Positions 29,826 through 39,809 are shown, numbered from the stretch's first letter. The stretch is 64,000 nt of DNA from Phormidesmis sp. (GCA_965248535.1 CBDFJR010000002.1:1408001-1472000), one strand, 5' to 3'. A program made the numbers and translations. The notes: generated by a model from the sequence alone, not told the origin.

Positions 29826-29998
29826 TCAGTAATTTTAATGAAGCCCACGATCGGATCAATTTGCCTCAGCAACACAGGAAACCTCCGTAATTATGTCTTC
29901 GCTCTTAGAGCGAAGAAAATAAACCGGGGTTACCCTTGGCACTTCTGAGTATCGGTTGCGTAGGGTTGTGAGTAGCAAAAACTACCTCTCATTCACCT

Positions 29999-30503
29999 AT
30001 GTCTGCAATCAGCGTCACTGGCTCTAGCCTCAAATCAACCACCCTCCCAGGTGCCCTTCTCGAAGCCTGCTCTATTTCTCGATTCTGCTGAGAAAGCTCG
30101 GAACGGCGCAAACCCCGGAATCACTCCTAAAAACAACGTCAGCATCACATTTTCGAGTGACGACGGCACCGCTAACATCGCGGCTACCTTACCCGTTGAT
30201 GTTTCACAGCTATCTGATGGTGGCGTGAAATATCTGCCTAAAGACTATCTGGGTGGCACCTATGCGGCCTTTACTGCTGGTGGCGATGTCACGGCTACTT
30301 CTCGCATGGCGGCGGTTGCTCAAATTGCTCAGATTTTGAGTGCGGCTGAGAAAGCGATTCAACCCTTAGAAGATCAGCCTAATTTCATCCAGGTTGAATC
30401 CTCTAGCGAAAATGGCACCATCACCGTGACGGCTGCTCTTCCGATCGTGCAAACCATCAGTTCTAGCGGACTGGTGACGATCGCCGCGCTCGACTACCTC
30501 TAA
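29999..30503 (+). CDS. ~167-aa protein made of two ~80-aa tandem repeats; candidate major virion protein; frameshift near 30068
   Basis: ATG 29999 gives MSAISVTGSSLKSTTLPGALLEA, and a one-base shift joins it to ALFLDSAEKA...; both repeats end in DYL. Confidence 0.65.
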
Positions 30504-30534
30504 ATCAGGAAGAAACCTATAGGAGGTATAAATC

Positions 30535-30999
30535 ATGGCTGAAACAGCAGCAGCAAAGAAGCATAGAGCTAGAGGTCCGAGACAGCTTTTTGGATGGGGA
30601 ACGATCACGGTGACTCGTGAGAAGAAGAAGGTTAAGCACAACCCCTTTTCAACGATTCCTAAAAGCACGATGGATGCCTGCGGCTTGAAGATTGCCAAAG
30701 CCCCTGCGAGTGCAGGAGTGAAAACCAAGAAAGACAAAAAGGGGCGCTTGAGACTGGTTAACAGCCAAAATCTGACCAACGTCTCCTCTCGCTACATCAT
30801 GGTTTATGCAGGTGAAACCGACAACAAACAAGGGGAAGTCTGGCATCGGATCACCCTACCAACCGGGATTTCACTCGCTAGAGGAGCGTCTATTCTCACG
30901 GGTGGAGGCTCTAAAATCCAAAAGGTGAAATTCCCGAACGGTAAAGCCGTCCAGATTGGCAAGAAAATCACCCCGAAAGCGGCTCCTAAGAAGAAGTAA
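30535..30999 (+). CDS. Highly basic protein, candidate nucleic-acid-binding core protein
   Basis: AGGAGG RBS; K/R-rich throughout, ends PKAAPKKK. Confidence 0.75.
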   Translation: MAETAAAKKHRARGPRQLFGWGTITVTREKKKVKHNPFSTIPKSTMDACGLKIAKAPASAGVKTKKDKKGRLRLVNSQNLTNVSSRYIMVYAGETDNKQGEVWHRITLPTGISLARGASILTGGGSKIQKVKFPNGKAVQIGKKITPKAAPKKK

Positions 31000-31024
31000 C
31001 GATCATCGCTGAGTAGCCCAATCA

Positions 31025-31705
31025 ATGCTTGACCCAACTGAATGGCGGCTACGCGGCACCCGGCTCTATGGGATTAGGGGCGATCGGTCTCCCCTAATCC
31101 TCTGCCGTGACCTCACTTCTCAACTCGTGCGGGTTGATGTAGTTTTCAAAAATCTCAAATCGACTTGGTATAAGGCGGGAACGATTCAGCAGGTGTCGGA
31201 TGGGATTAGAGCGGCTGAGAAGACCGTGCCGTTTGAGTCTCGCTACTATTTGTTTCCAACGGATTTAGCACCCACCTATTCGCTTTATTGGCAGCCCGTG
31301 CCATGGCTACCAGTGGGGCGCTTACAGGTGTGGGAGTATATCGGATTGATTCCTGATGCACTCCTTCATCAACTCGCTAACTTCTCTGGAGAGTCTCAAA
31401 TGCCTGTCATTACAAATCCCGTCGCTCGTGCAGCCACGTCACGAGACACTGACAAAGGGGTCAGCACTACGTCTGTTGTGTTGATGCCTGCTGAGTTACG
31501 CCGCGTGGGGGGCACGATCATCAATCGATCTACCATTGCCTCGCTGTCGATCAATTTCGGTGAAACAGCAACGTCTGCTGACTATCACCGCCTCACCCCT
31601 GGCGGCTCGATCGATATTCCTATCTCTTGGGTGGGAGCGATCGCCGGAATCTGGGATAAAGCAGATCCCCTCGGTAAAGCCGTCATGACCGAGCTACTGG
31701 GCTGA
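31025..31705 (+). CDS. Putative virion protein with C-terminal beta domain (paralogue of 25999..26697)
   Basis: STTSVVLMPAELRRVGGTIINRS...IAGIWD. Confidence 0.6.
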   Translation: MLDPTEWRLRGTRLYGIRGDRSPLILCRDLTSQLVRVDVVFKNLKSTWYKAGTIQQVSDGIRAAEKTVPFESRYYLFPTDLAPTYSLYWQPVPWLPVGRLQVWEYIGLIPDALLHQLANFSGESQMPVITNPVARAATSRDTDKGVSTTSVVLMPAELRRVGGTIINRSTIASLSINFGETATSADYHRLTPGGSIDIPISWVGAIAGIWDKADPLGKAVMTELLG

Positions 31706-31742
31706 AAGCCCTTGAGTTAAATCAGTTCTCCTGAAGCACCAG

Positions 31743-31768
31743 GCGCGGGGTCAGTCCCGCGCTTTTTT
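31743..31768 (+). terminator. Intrinsic terminator closing the structural module
   Basis: gcgcggg-gtcagt-cccgcgc followed by T6. Confidence 0.8.
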
Positions 31769-31786
31769 GAATCATCTAAGGTCACC

Positions 31787-32083
31787 GTGAATAAAAATGA
31801 GTCGATTCTGTTTACGATCACCGTGCTCTCTTTTGGGGCTGGTCTGTTGCATCGTGTCTGGCTGATGTCCATGGCGGTTTCAGGAATGCGCCATAATCTG
31901 GAAAAACAAGACATCCGGTTGGAAAATCTCAACGATCTACATGAGGCCGGGTTTAATGGGTTTAAAGAAAGGATCGAACACTTCACTAACCGGACTCGCG
32001 GCGAGATTGGGGAGTTGAACAAACGGCTAGAGGATGTCGAGTCCTATCTGACAAAATCAACCGAGTTTATAAGACGACGATGA
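31787..32083 (+). CDS. Small membrane protein with coiled coil (holin-like position)
   Basis: N-terminal hydrophobic ILFTITVLSFGAGLL, charged C-terminus. Confidence 0.55.
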   Translation: MNKNESILFTITVLSFGAGLLHRVWLMSMAVSGMRHNLEKQDIRLENLNDLHEAGFNGFKERIEHFTNRTRGEIGELNKRLEDVESYLTKSTEFIRRR

Positions 32084-32229
32084 CGAGCAACCTGAATTTA
32101 TCGCTAGTTCAAACCACTAAGGAATTTTTGCGGCTCGTGCTGGCACAGCTACAAATGGATAAATTAGAGACAGCCGTAGCCCTAGAAGAAACGGCGGCAG
32201 AAATTCGAGCCAAAAAAGCGGCAGAGTAG
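32080..32229 (+). CDS. Small helical protein (49 aa, not in ORF track)
   Basis: ATGA overlap; MTSNLNLSLVQTTKEFLRLVLAQLQMDKLETAVALEETAAEIRAKKAAE. Confidence 0.5.
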   Translation: MTSNLNLSLVQTTKEFLRLVLAQLQMDKLETAVALEETAAEIRAKKAAE

Positions 32230-32372
32230 GTCAGTGCTAACGAGCATTAGACTAGTTTTATCTCTGTTCAGATAAATAGAATGAAGTGCTTAAATTAGTC
32301 ACACTTTAGTCAAGTTTTATAACTCAATTACTGAAAGCCAAACGCATCAAAGCTTTCAGCAGTCAGGTTTAT

Positions 32373-32424
32373 GGACTCATAAGCCCAAGGTCGCAGGTTC
32401 AAATCCCGCTTGAGCCATTTTTTA
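32373..32424 (+). repeat. attR core (duplicated tRNA 3' part)
   Basis: Identical to 18990-19041. Confidence 0.95.
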
Positions 32425-32774
32425 AGATGAAACAGAATATCCTGTAGCCCATATTTCAAAGGGGTTACGGGATTTTCGCGTTTGATGAACTCGCGCTACA
32501 GCATGATCATCCAGCGATCGCATGAGGGTCATTAAATGTCCTAAAAATCTCTCGTTAGAAATAACCGGGATTGAGCGATCGATTCCAGCCAGACAAACAA
32601 ACCGCTTCGCACAGGACGGGTTGGCGAGTTTGTTGAGAGAATGGAGTCAATTTCAAGGCGTGTGATCTTTAAAAGATTGAAAAATTTAGCCACAGCAGCA
32701 AGATTGAGATAGGCTGAGAATGACTGATTCCAAGGACTCTCATCAGGTGAAACCCCTAGTTCTGGCATTCAATC

Positions 32775-35252
32775 ATGGAGACAACCCCTGTGGTAAAACA
32801 TCGGTCTAGCTCAAATCAGCCAAATGCGGCTGTTGGCAATGGGGAAGAGGCGTTTCAAGCACAACTGCGATCGCTGCTGACCCAAAAAAAATATCGCCAA
32901 GCGATCGAAGCGATCAAAAAAGCTCGACGCGCCCAGCCCGATGCCCAGTTTAAACCGACAGAAGCCGAGATTTGGTCACTGCGGGGCCAGCAAGAATTTC
33001 AAAAAGCAGACTTTAAACAAGCAGAAAGCTCATTCCGGCAAGCGCTGACTTTAGGGTTGGACGGCGAAGCGCACTACTGGTTAGCAAAATGTCTGGTGTC
33101 TCTCGATCGGTTAGAGGCTGCCTTAGATCTGATTCGCTCAGCGTTTGAACAAGGGACGCTGCCCAAAGAATTTGCCATCTGCTACTTAAAGCTTTTGTTG
33201 CTCAAGGGCGACTCTCAAACGGTGGAGCAGTTAATCGCAAAACAATCTAAGCGGTTTAGCGCCGCCCAGCTTCACTGGGTGCGAGGAGTGTTAGCCCTCA
33301 AAAAGGGTGAACCGGAGACTGCTTTGATCTCGTTTCAGAAAATCAAGCGTCCGGTCACGCCGGGAGATTTGCCGGATGCCTGGGTCGTCTACGCGCAGCA
33401 AGCGATCGGAGACTGGAAGTCCGCCGCCGCCAAATTAGGACTCGCCACTTCACTGCCATGGGGCGGATTTTTGGGTAAGCCCCAGTTTCTCAGTCATCCG
33501 ATTTTGACGCAGTTAGCGACGTTTCAGCAGGCAAAAACCGGAGAGATCCAGCCTACTCTCTTTAGACAGTCCGATCAAGCAACTCAAGACTTGATCAATG
33601 TTTTGGCGATCGGGCAGCTAATTGACGGAGGCAACTATCACGACGCAGGACACGCCTTGCTAAAAATGGGGCCGTCCAAACGCTTTCCTGAACTGGCCAC
33701 CCTGCGATCGCCGCTCCTCGCTCTGGCTGGGCAACAAGCCTTTAACCAAGATGAAATCGAGTGCGCTGCCCAACTCTGGCAACCGTTGCTCAATGAGTCA
33801 TCCTTAGATCCTCAGCTTGCGGTTAACGCCCTAGAAGCGCTGGAGATCAACGATGCAGGGCCAGAACGACAACGGTTGGCGACTCGAATCGTGAAATGGA
33901 TTGAACAAGATGCAAAGAAACACCCAAACGATTGGACAGAAGAACGCCTAAAGTTGACACTAGCACACGCTCACTGTCGTCTCGCTGATGCTTGGATCTC
34001 GATGGGAAAAATCCGAGCGGCGATCGGAGAAGTGCAGCAAGCCGAACGCATTTGTTCGACTTCGCCGGAAGTGTTGGGGCGACGGGGATTATTAGCAGCA
34101 GATGATCAAAATACACAAGACGCGATCGAGTTATTAACGCAAGCGATCGAAGGCGGTTGTCGCTATGAAGAAGTCTATGACGCATTGCTCAACTGTTGGC
34201 GACAGTTAGGAAACACAAACGCGGTCAATGACGCTCGTCGCCGCTATGGAAAATTCTTTGGCGATCTGAATGCTGAAACGGAGATCGAGCTTGCCCCTTG
34301 GGTTGAGGCTCTCTCAACTCGGAGATATCCGTTTTATCGTCGCATGGTTCAGAGTGCCAGTGCCTCCGATCCGGCGGTGCGCGCCTGTCAGATCTTTGTA
34401 GAATCGACCCAAGGAGATCTCATTTCGAGTGGAAAAATTTCGCTCGATCAAGCCACGGCGATCGAGCAATGGGAGACCCTGCTGCAAGGATTGTCTGTGC
34501 AGGATCAAATTCCAGTTTTAGAAGCGATCGCGCTTTCTATTCAATTATTTGCCAAGCGCGAAAAAGGAATTACCTCCCTAGTCTCGGACTATATGCTGAG
34601 AATTGCGAATGTCAAACAAGATTATCCCGAAGCGAGAGTCGCGCATCTCGTCGTCTTAACCGTCAGAGAAGGCAATAACCCCCAGAGACTTGAGTTTCCC
34701 ATACAGTTCTATTTAGCGGCGATGCCCCAGCCAGGAACGGCGTTAGCCACGATTCAACTGCAAGTGCGGCTTTTTGCTCAGACGGCAATTTTGCGATCGT
34801 TCCTCGATCAAGCCCTGACACGCGAGCCTCAAAATCCGCTTTTGTTGTTGGCCAAGGCCACCACGTTTGCACCCCACACCAAACCCTATGACGATCTAAA
34901 GCAGCAGGGGTTTGAACTCGCTCGTCGGCTTCAAGATGCCAAAGCCCTGCAAGCGTTTCGCGCCGAGCAAGCCTTTTTAGTCACCCAAGAAACGCAGAGA
35001 ATTTTGCCAAACCCTGAGCAGCTAGACTCTCTCGACATAGGCGGGATGGAAGCGATGCTTGAAGCCTTGATTCGCAATATGGCGGGCGGCAAAATTCCCC
35101 AAGTCGATCTCGATCGCATGATGCCCGAACTGAAGCAAGAAATGATCAATGATCTGCCCGATGCTGACTTTGAAGCGGACGATCGCTTTGATTTTGATGC
35201 CATTTTTGGAGACCCCTCGAAGAAGCGCAAACGCAGTTTTCGAGATTTGTGA
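32775..35252 (+). CDS. Large TPR-repeat protein
   Basis: Repeated helical TPR-like segments (AESSFRQAL, AHYWLAKCL, AIELLTQAI). Confidence 0.8.
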   Translation: METTPVVKHRSSSNQPNAAVGNGEEAFQAQLRSLLTQKKYRQAIEAIKKARRAQPDAQFKPTEAEIWSLRGQQEFQKADFKQAESSFRQALTLGLDGEAHYWLAKCLVSLDRLEAALDLIRSAFEQGTLPKEFAICYLKLLLLKGDSQTVEQLIAKQSKRFSAAQLHWVRGVLALKKGEPETALISFQKIKRPVTPGDLPDAWVVYAQQAIGDWKSAAAKLGLATSLPWGGFLGKPQFLSHPILTQLATFQQAKTGEIQPTLFRQSDQATQDLINVLAIGQLIDGGNYHDAGHALLKMGPSKRFPELATLRSPLLALAGQQAFNQDEIECAAQLWQPLLNESSLDPQLAVNALEALEINDAGPERQRLATRIVKWIEQDAKKHPNDWTEERLKLTLAHAHCRLADAWISMGKIRAAIGEVQQAERICSTSPEVLGRRGLLAADDQNTQDAIELLTQAIEGGCRYEEVYDALLNCWRQLGNTNAVNDARRRYGKFFGDLNAETEIELAPWVEALSTRRYPFYRRMVQSASASDPAVRACQIFVESTQGDLISSGKISLDQATAIEQWETLLQGLSVQDQIPVLEAIALSIQLFAKREKGITSLVSDYMLRIANVKQDYPEARVAHLVVLTVREGNNPQRLEFPIQFYLAAMPQPGTALATIQLQVRLFAQTAILRSFLDQALTREPQNPLLLLAKATTFAPHTKPYDDLKQQGFELARRLQDAKALQAFRAEQAFLVTQETQRILPNPEQLDSLDIGGMEAMLEALIRNMAGGKIPQVDLDRMMPELKQEMINDLPDADFEADDRFDFDAIFGDPSKKRKRSFRDL

Positions 35253-35276
35253 GATTCGTCGTTAGAGTGCAACCCT

Positions 35277-35573
35277 ATGACTTCCAGTCACGATCGCTTA
35301 GGTCTTTCTCCCACGGCTACCCCTGCCGAAGTCAAAGCCGCTTATCACGCCAAACTGCGAGAGTTTCCCGCTCACACCCATCCCGAAGACTTTAAAGCGA
35401 TTCGCACCGCCTATGAAGCGATTCGCACTGGGGCAGCGAGTCAGTCAGAAGATTTCTTCAAGCTCCGGCCTTTAGAAGCCCCGATCGACCCAGAGCCGCT
35501 AAATCAGCTTCGAGAGCAAGTGATGGCTCAACTCGACGTTCGGTTAGATGACCTGATTCGCGCTACATTTTGA
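35277..35573 (+). CDS. Small J-domain-like protein lacking canonical HPD
   Basis: LGLSPTATPAEVKAAYH.KLREFPAHTHPEDFKAIRTAYEAI. Confidence 0.8.
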   Translation: MTSSHDRLGLSPTATPAEVKAAYHAKLREFPAHTHPEDFKAIRTAYEAIRTGAASQSEDFFKLRPLEAPIDPEPLNQLREQVMAQLDVRLDDLIRATF

Positions 35574-35582
35574 GGAAGATTT

Positions 35583-36323
35583 ATGCCCGATTCTGAAGAA
35601 ACTTTGCCCCGCGATCGTCAAGCCCTAGTCGAAAAGCTCCTCGACTCGCTTCAGGCAACGCCCAACCCGCTCGAATATCTGGGCAAAGCACCCGATCGGG
35701 CAGAACTGTTTGATCCCTATCAGATGGTCAGTGAATGGATTGCACTCCGCCACGAAGTTAAACAGCAGAACAAATTATCACAAGCAGCCCACGCATCTTT
35801 GCAACAAGCTTTAGAAACTGAGCGATTGCAAAATGCACAGCTTCAACAACGGCTAGAAGAACTTTCAAACACAAAATCGGACAATCAAAGCTATCACTCA
35901 GAGCAGAAAAGATTATTCCAAGATTTATTAAAAATGATGGATGCTCTCGATCAAGCTTGTGAATATGGACGATCGCAGATTTCAGCCTCTATGCCAACGC
36001 CGCCTGCATCGACAAATTTTTTAGAAAAACTCTTTTCTAGACCCAAGGCTGACTCGCGTGATTTCAACAAAGGGTTGCTCAGTCATCAGCAGGGGGTGGA
36101 GGTGATTCGGAGATCGCTGCTCGATTTGCTCAAGCAAAAACAAGTCGTGCCGATCGTGACCCTAGGAAAGCCCTTTGATCCAGCCTATATGTATGCGATC
36201 GGGCGACAAGAAAGCGACACTGCCCCTGAAAACACCGTCATTCAAGAGATTGTGCGGGGCTATTGGTGGCAAGATCAGGTCTTGAGAGAAGCACAAGTAA
36301 TGGTAGCTGTGAGCAAGGAATAA
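35583..36323 (+). CDS. grpE: GrpE-like nucleotide exchange factor
   Basis: Coiled coil, then GKPFDP.YMYAI...VIQEIVRGY....VLREAQVMVA. Confidence 0.85.
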   Translation: MPDSEETLPRDRQALVEKLLDSLQATPNPLEYLGKAPDRAELFDPYQMVSEWIALRHEVKQQNKLSQAAHASLQQALETERLQNAQLQQRLEELSNTKSDNQSYHSEQKRLFQDLLKMMDALDQACEYGRSQISASMPTPPASTNFLEKLFSRPKADSRDFNKGLLSHQQGVEVIRRSLLDLLKQKQVVPIVTLGKPFDPAYMYAIGRQESDTAPENTVIQEIVRGYWWQDQVLREAQVMVAVSKE

Positions 36324-36328
36324 CCACA

Positions 36329-38121
36329 ATGGGCAAAACCGTTGGCATTGATTTAGGAACCACCAATTCTGAAGTGGCGATCGTCGAAAACGGACAAGCG
36401 AGAATCTTAGCCGGAACAGACGGAGACTTACTGCTGCCCTCTTGCGTCGGATTTAGCGACACTGGCAAGCTGCTGGTCGGGCGCGAGGCTTTGCGTCAAT
36501 ATGCGGCAGCCCCCGATCGCACCGTCAAATCGATCAAACGCTGGATGGGCACAGACCACAAAACCACGCTGCAAATCTCGGCGGAGGAAACTTATGAGTA
36601 TTTGCCCCACGAAATCTCTGCCATTCTGCTCCGCGCTCTCAAACAGCGAGCAGAAGTGGCTTTAGGGGCAGATGTGACTCAGGCGGTGATCACGGTTCCG
36701 GCCTATTTCACCGATGCTCAACGTCAAGCTACTAAGCTGGCAGGCGAAATTGCGGGCTTAGAGGTGCTGCAAATTATCAACGAGCCGACCGCTGCCGCTC
36801 TCGCCTATGACGTGCGATCGGAGGAGACCGAACGAGTTTTAGTCTACGATCTAGGGGGCGGCACCTTTGATGTGTCAGTGGTCGAAATCACGGGCGATGT
36901 CACAGAAGTGCTGGCTAGCCACGGCAACAATCGTCTGGGCGGCGATGACTTTGATCGGCTGCTGCAACTGCACCTGATCGACCGATTTCGGCAGGCTCAC
37001 GGGGTCGAGGTGCCCCAAGATGCCATTCCACAAGCTCGACTGCTGCGGGCGGCAGAGCAGGTCAAAATTGACCTTAGCGCCCATGCCTTTACAACCGTCA
37101 GAGAGGCGTTTTTGAGCAGCCAAGGTCAGACTGCTTTGCACTTGGAAACAGAGATTGCCCGCACTGATTTTGAAGCGCTGATCCGTCCACTGATTGATGA
37201 GACGTTGGACGCAATTGATCGGGCCCTTTCGGATGCCAAGCTGGAGGCTGAAGCCCTCGATCGGGTGATTCTGGTCGGCGGCTCGACGCGCATTCCTCTC
37301 GTGCAGCAGATGATTGAAGAACATCTAGAACAAGCGCCTACAGATGGCGTGCAGCCCGATCTGTGTGTAGCGTTGGGGGCAGCCATTCAAGCTGGGGTGC
37401 GGGTGGGAGAAGATGTCGATGCAATTTTGGTGGATGTCAGCCCTCACTCGTTAGGCGTTGCCGCCGCCATCACTACGCCCATGGGCATGATGCCAGGGTT
37501 TTTTAGCGTAATTATTCCTCGCAACAGTGTGGTTCCGGTGTCGCGTTCTCAGGTTTACTCAACGGCATCTGATCGCCAAACCTCGGTTGAGATCGAAGTG
37601 TTTCAGGGCGAGAATACGATCGCGAAGAAAACGTTCCCCTTGGGGCTTTTATGGTGGAAGGCTTGCCGCCCCAGCCCGCCGGAAGTCTTGAAGTCGAGGT
37701 GCATTTTGACTTTGACATCAACGGCATTCTCACTGTCACCGCCACCGAAAAAGGTAAGGGGCAGCAAAATAGCTTAGTCGTGAACAATGCTGCGGTGCAT
37801 CGGCTTTCTAGTCACGAGCTAAATCAGGCTAGAGAAGATCTAGACGCATTGTTTAAAAGTGATGAAACTATCGTCACTCAAGCGCGAGAGGTCACAGATT
37901 TTGAAGCGATCGCTGACTCGATTTCACCAGATTTAGCAGATCTTCTGGGTCGTGCCCAAAAAACTCTAACAACGCTAGACGAAGACCAAACCGAAGAATT
38001 AAAAACGCTGATTGAGCAACTTCAAACCGCGATCGTCAACGATTATGATATTGCTATCCCCAATCTTCAAGAAGAGCTAGAAGATTTTCTCTACTACATC
38101 AGCACTAATTCGGATTCATAA
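36329..38121 (+). CDS. dnaK: Hsp70/DnaK paralogue; frameshift near 37623
   Basis: GIDLGTTNS, TVPAYF, NEPTAAA, DLGGGTFD, LVGGSTRIP; continues in ORF 37651..38121 (FDFDINGILTV). Confidence 0.9.
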
Positions 38122-38124
38122 CGG

Positions 38125-38481
38125 ATGAAATGCCCCGTATGTCATGCCAGTTATCGTCCTTCTGCGGTGCTTTGTCGTCGGTGTGGGGTCGATCTATCTC
38201 CCCTGATTCGGCTGCGAGATCAAGCGGTTTGGCACTACCAGCAAGCGATTCAATACCTCGAAGCGGGACAATATGCAGAGGCGATCGCCGAAAATGATCA
38301 AGCGATCGCGCTCCATCACCAGCAAGCCGAATTTCATGCCTTAGCTGGACAACTGTGGGCGCTGCAAGGAAAGTTTGATCGGGCGATCGACGATTGGAAA
38401 ACGGCTCAGGCCCTCGACCCTAAGCACCCGATCGCCGCAGCGTGTTTAGACGGTTTGCTGCAACTTCGCAATTTCGCTTGA
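38125..38481 (+). CDS. Zn-ribbon + TPR protein
   Basis: CPVC...CRRC followed by TPR helices. Confidence 0.8.
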   Translation: MKCPVCHASYRPSAVLCRRCGVDLSPLIRLRDQAVWHYQQAIQYLEAGQYAEAIAENDQAIALHHQQAEFHALAGQLWALQGKFDRAIDDWKTAQALDPKHPIAAACLDGLLQLRNFA

Positions 38482-39699
38482 TTAAGGGATTAAGGGTTTA
38501 ATCGCCTTCCATTGAGTCACGGGAATCAGAGGTTTCCAGCCGGAGAATGACCCGATCGGGGCGACTCGCTGAATGCCAATCCGCATCAAATCGCCGCCAT
38601 AGAGCTGTTGAGATTGCAAAACGATTTGTTCACTCTCGATCGTCACCGCATTCACCACCAATCGCCCTCCCGGACGCAGCGCAGTCCAGCAGACTTCGAG
38701 GAGCCGATCGACCGTTACGCCACCACCGATAAAAATGGCATCGGGCTGCGGCAAATCTTGTAGGGCCGCGGGGGCTTCTCCGTCCACGATTTTAAGCTGC
38801 GGAACGCCCAGCGCCAAGGCATTGTCTGCAATGTGTTGCAGGCGAGTGGGATGACGCTCAATGGCGATCGCGCGACAGCGTGGATGAGTTCGCAACCACT
38901 CAATGGCGATCGAGCCACAGCCCGCGCCGACATCCCACAGCAACTCTCCGGGCAGGGGCGCAAGGGTGGAGAGGGTCAGCGATCGCACTTCGCGTTTGGT
39001 GAGTTGTCCGTCGTGGTGATAAGCGTCGTCGGGCAATCCGGCTGTGCGGGACAACAACACCGTAGCTGGATCGGCGTGACAAACGATCGCTAGCGTGTTG
39101 AGATCTGATAAATTTTGAATATCCCAAGCGTTAGCTGTGCATTCAGTTTGGCGTTCTTGAAGTCCTCCCATGTGTTCTAAAATCGTAATCTGACTGCGAC
39201 CAAATCCGCGTTGAGTCAGCAAGTTTGCAACGTGGGCAGGAGTGTTTCTATTCGCGCTTAAGATCAGGAGTCGGGCATCGGGAGCGAGAGCCGGAACGAT
39301 CGTCGAAACCGGGCGATGGGTGAGGCTAAAGGTTTCAATATCTGCCAGCGGCCAGCCCAATCGAGCACAGGCCAGACTAAACGCAGACGGCGCAGGAATA
39401 ATCTTCATTTCTGTTAGGGGAATGTGGCGAGTCAGGGTTACGCCCACCCCATGACACATCGGATCGCCACTGGCCAAAACACACACATTCTGTCCGCGAC
39501 GATGCAGAATTTGGGCGATCGTTCCCTCCAACGGAGAAGCCCAAGCAAGCCGTTCTCGCGGGTCATTTTTGGACAGCATGGCAAGATGACGATCGCCCCC
39601 AACCACGACGACTGCTTGATCGAGCAGCGATCGGGCGATCTGGCTCAACCCCGCAATTCCGTCTTCACCGATGCCAACCACTGAGAGCCACGTCTGCAT
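38482..39699 (-). CDS. cbiE: Precorrin-6Y C5,15-methyltransferase (CbiE/CbiT fusion, CobL)
   Basis: VVGIGEDG, LASGDP, GQLTKREVR, LWDVGAGCGS. Confidence 0.93.
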   Translation of the reverse strand: MQTWLSVVGIGEDGIAGLSQIARSLLDQAVVVVGGDRHLAMLSKNDPRERLAWASPLEGTIAQILHRRGQNVCVLASGDPMCHGVGVTLTRHIPLTEMKIIPAPSAFSLACARLGWPLADIETFSLTHRPVSTIVPALAPDARLLILSANRNTPAHVANLLTQRGFGRSQITILEHMGGLQERQTECTANAWDIQNLSDLNTLAIVCHADPATVLLSRTAGLPDDAYHHDGQLTKREVRSLTLSTLAPLPGELLWDVGAGCGSIAIEWLRTHPRCRAIAIERHPTRLQHIADNALALGVPQLKIVDGEAPAALQDLPQPDAIFIGGGVTVDRLLEVCWTALRPGGRLVVNAVTIESEQIVLQSQQLYGGDLMRIGIQRVAPIGSFSGWKPLIPVTQWKAIKPLIP

Positions 39700-39809
39700 A
39701 GCTAAACTCGTCTGTATCAGGATTGCCCGATCGTACAGGGTTTCAGGCTTCGTTAAGAAAGGTGAGTATTCAAGAAATTGGGTCAGTGGCGTATGATAAC
39801 CTGCATAGA

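Larger units (their letters stand above)
18990..32424. mobile_element. ~13.4 kb integrated prophage/satellite-like element in tRNA-Met
   Basis: 52-bp identical direct repeats at both ends, integrase next to attL, xis/rep/repressor genes and a structural-like module. Confidence 0.93.

Noticed and set aside
25698..32229. Inovirus or microvirus assignment
   Set aside because: No Zot/pI ATPase, no tiny TM major coat, no HUH Rep and no microvirus-sized capsid ORF seen; the Pro-rich protein alone is not sufficient
32373..32417. Second tRNA gene
   Set aside because: Only the 3' part is present, without the 5' acceptor strand or D arm; it is the att duplication
18990..32424. Exact CRISPR self-targeting of the resident element
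   Set aside because: No full-length spacer match found by eye; only short partial similarities, reported separately with caveats
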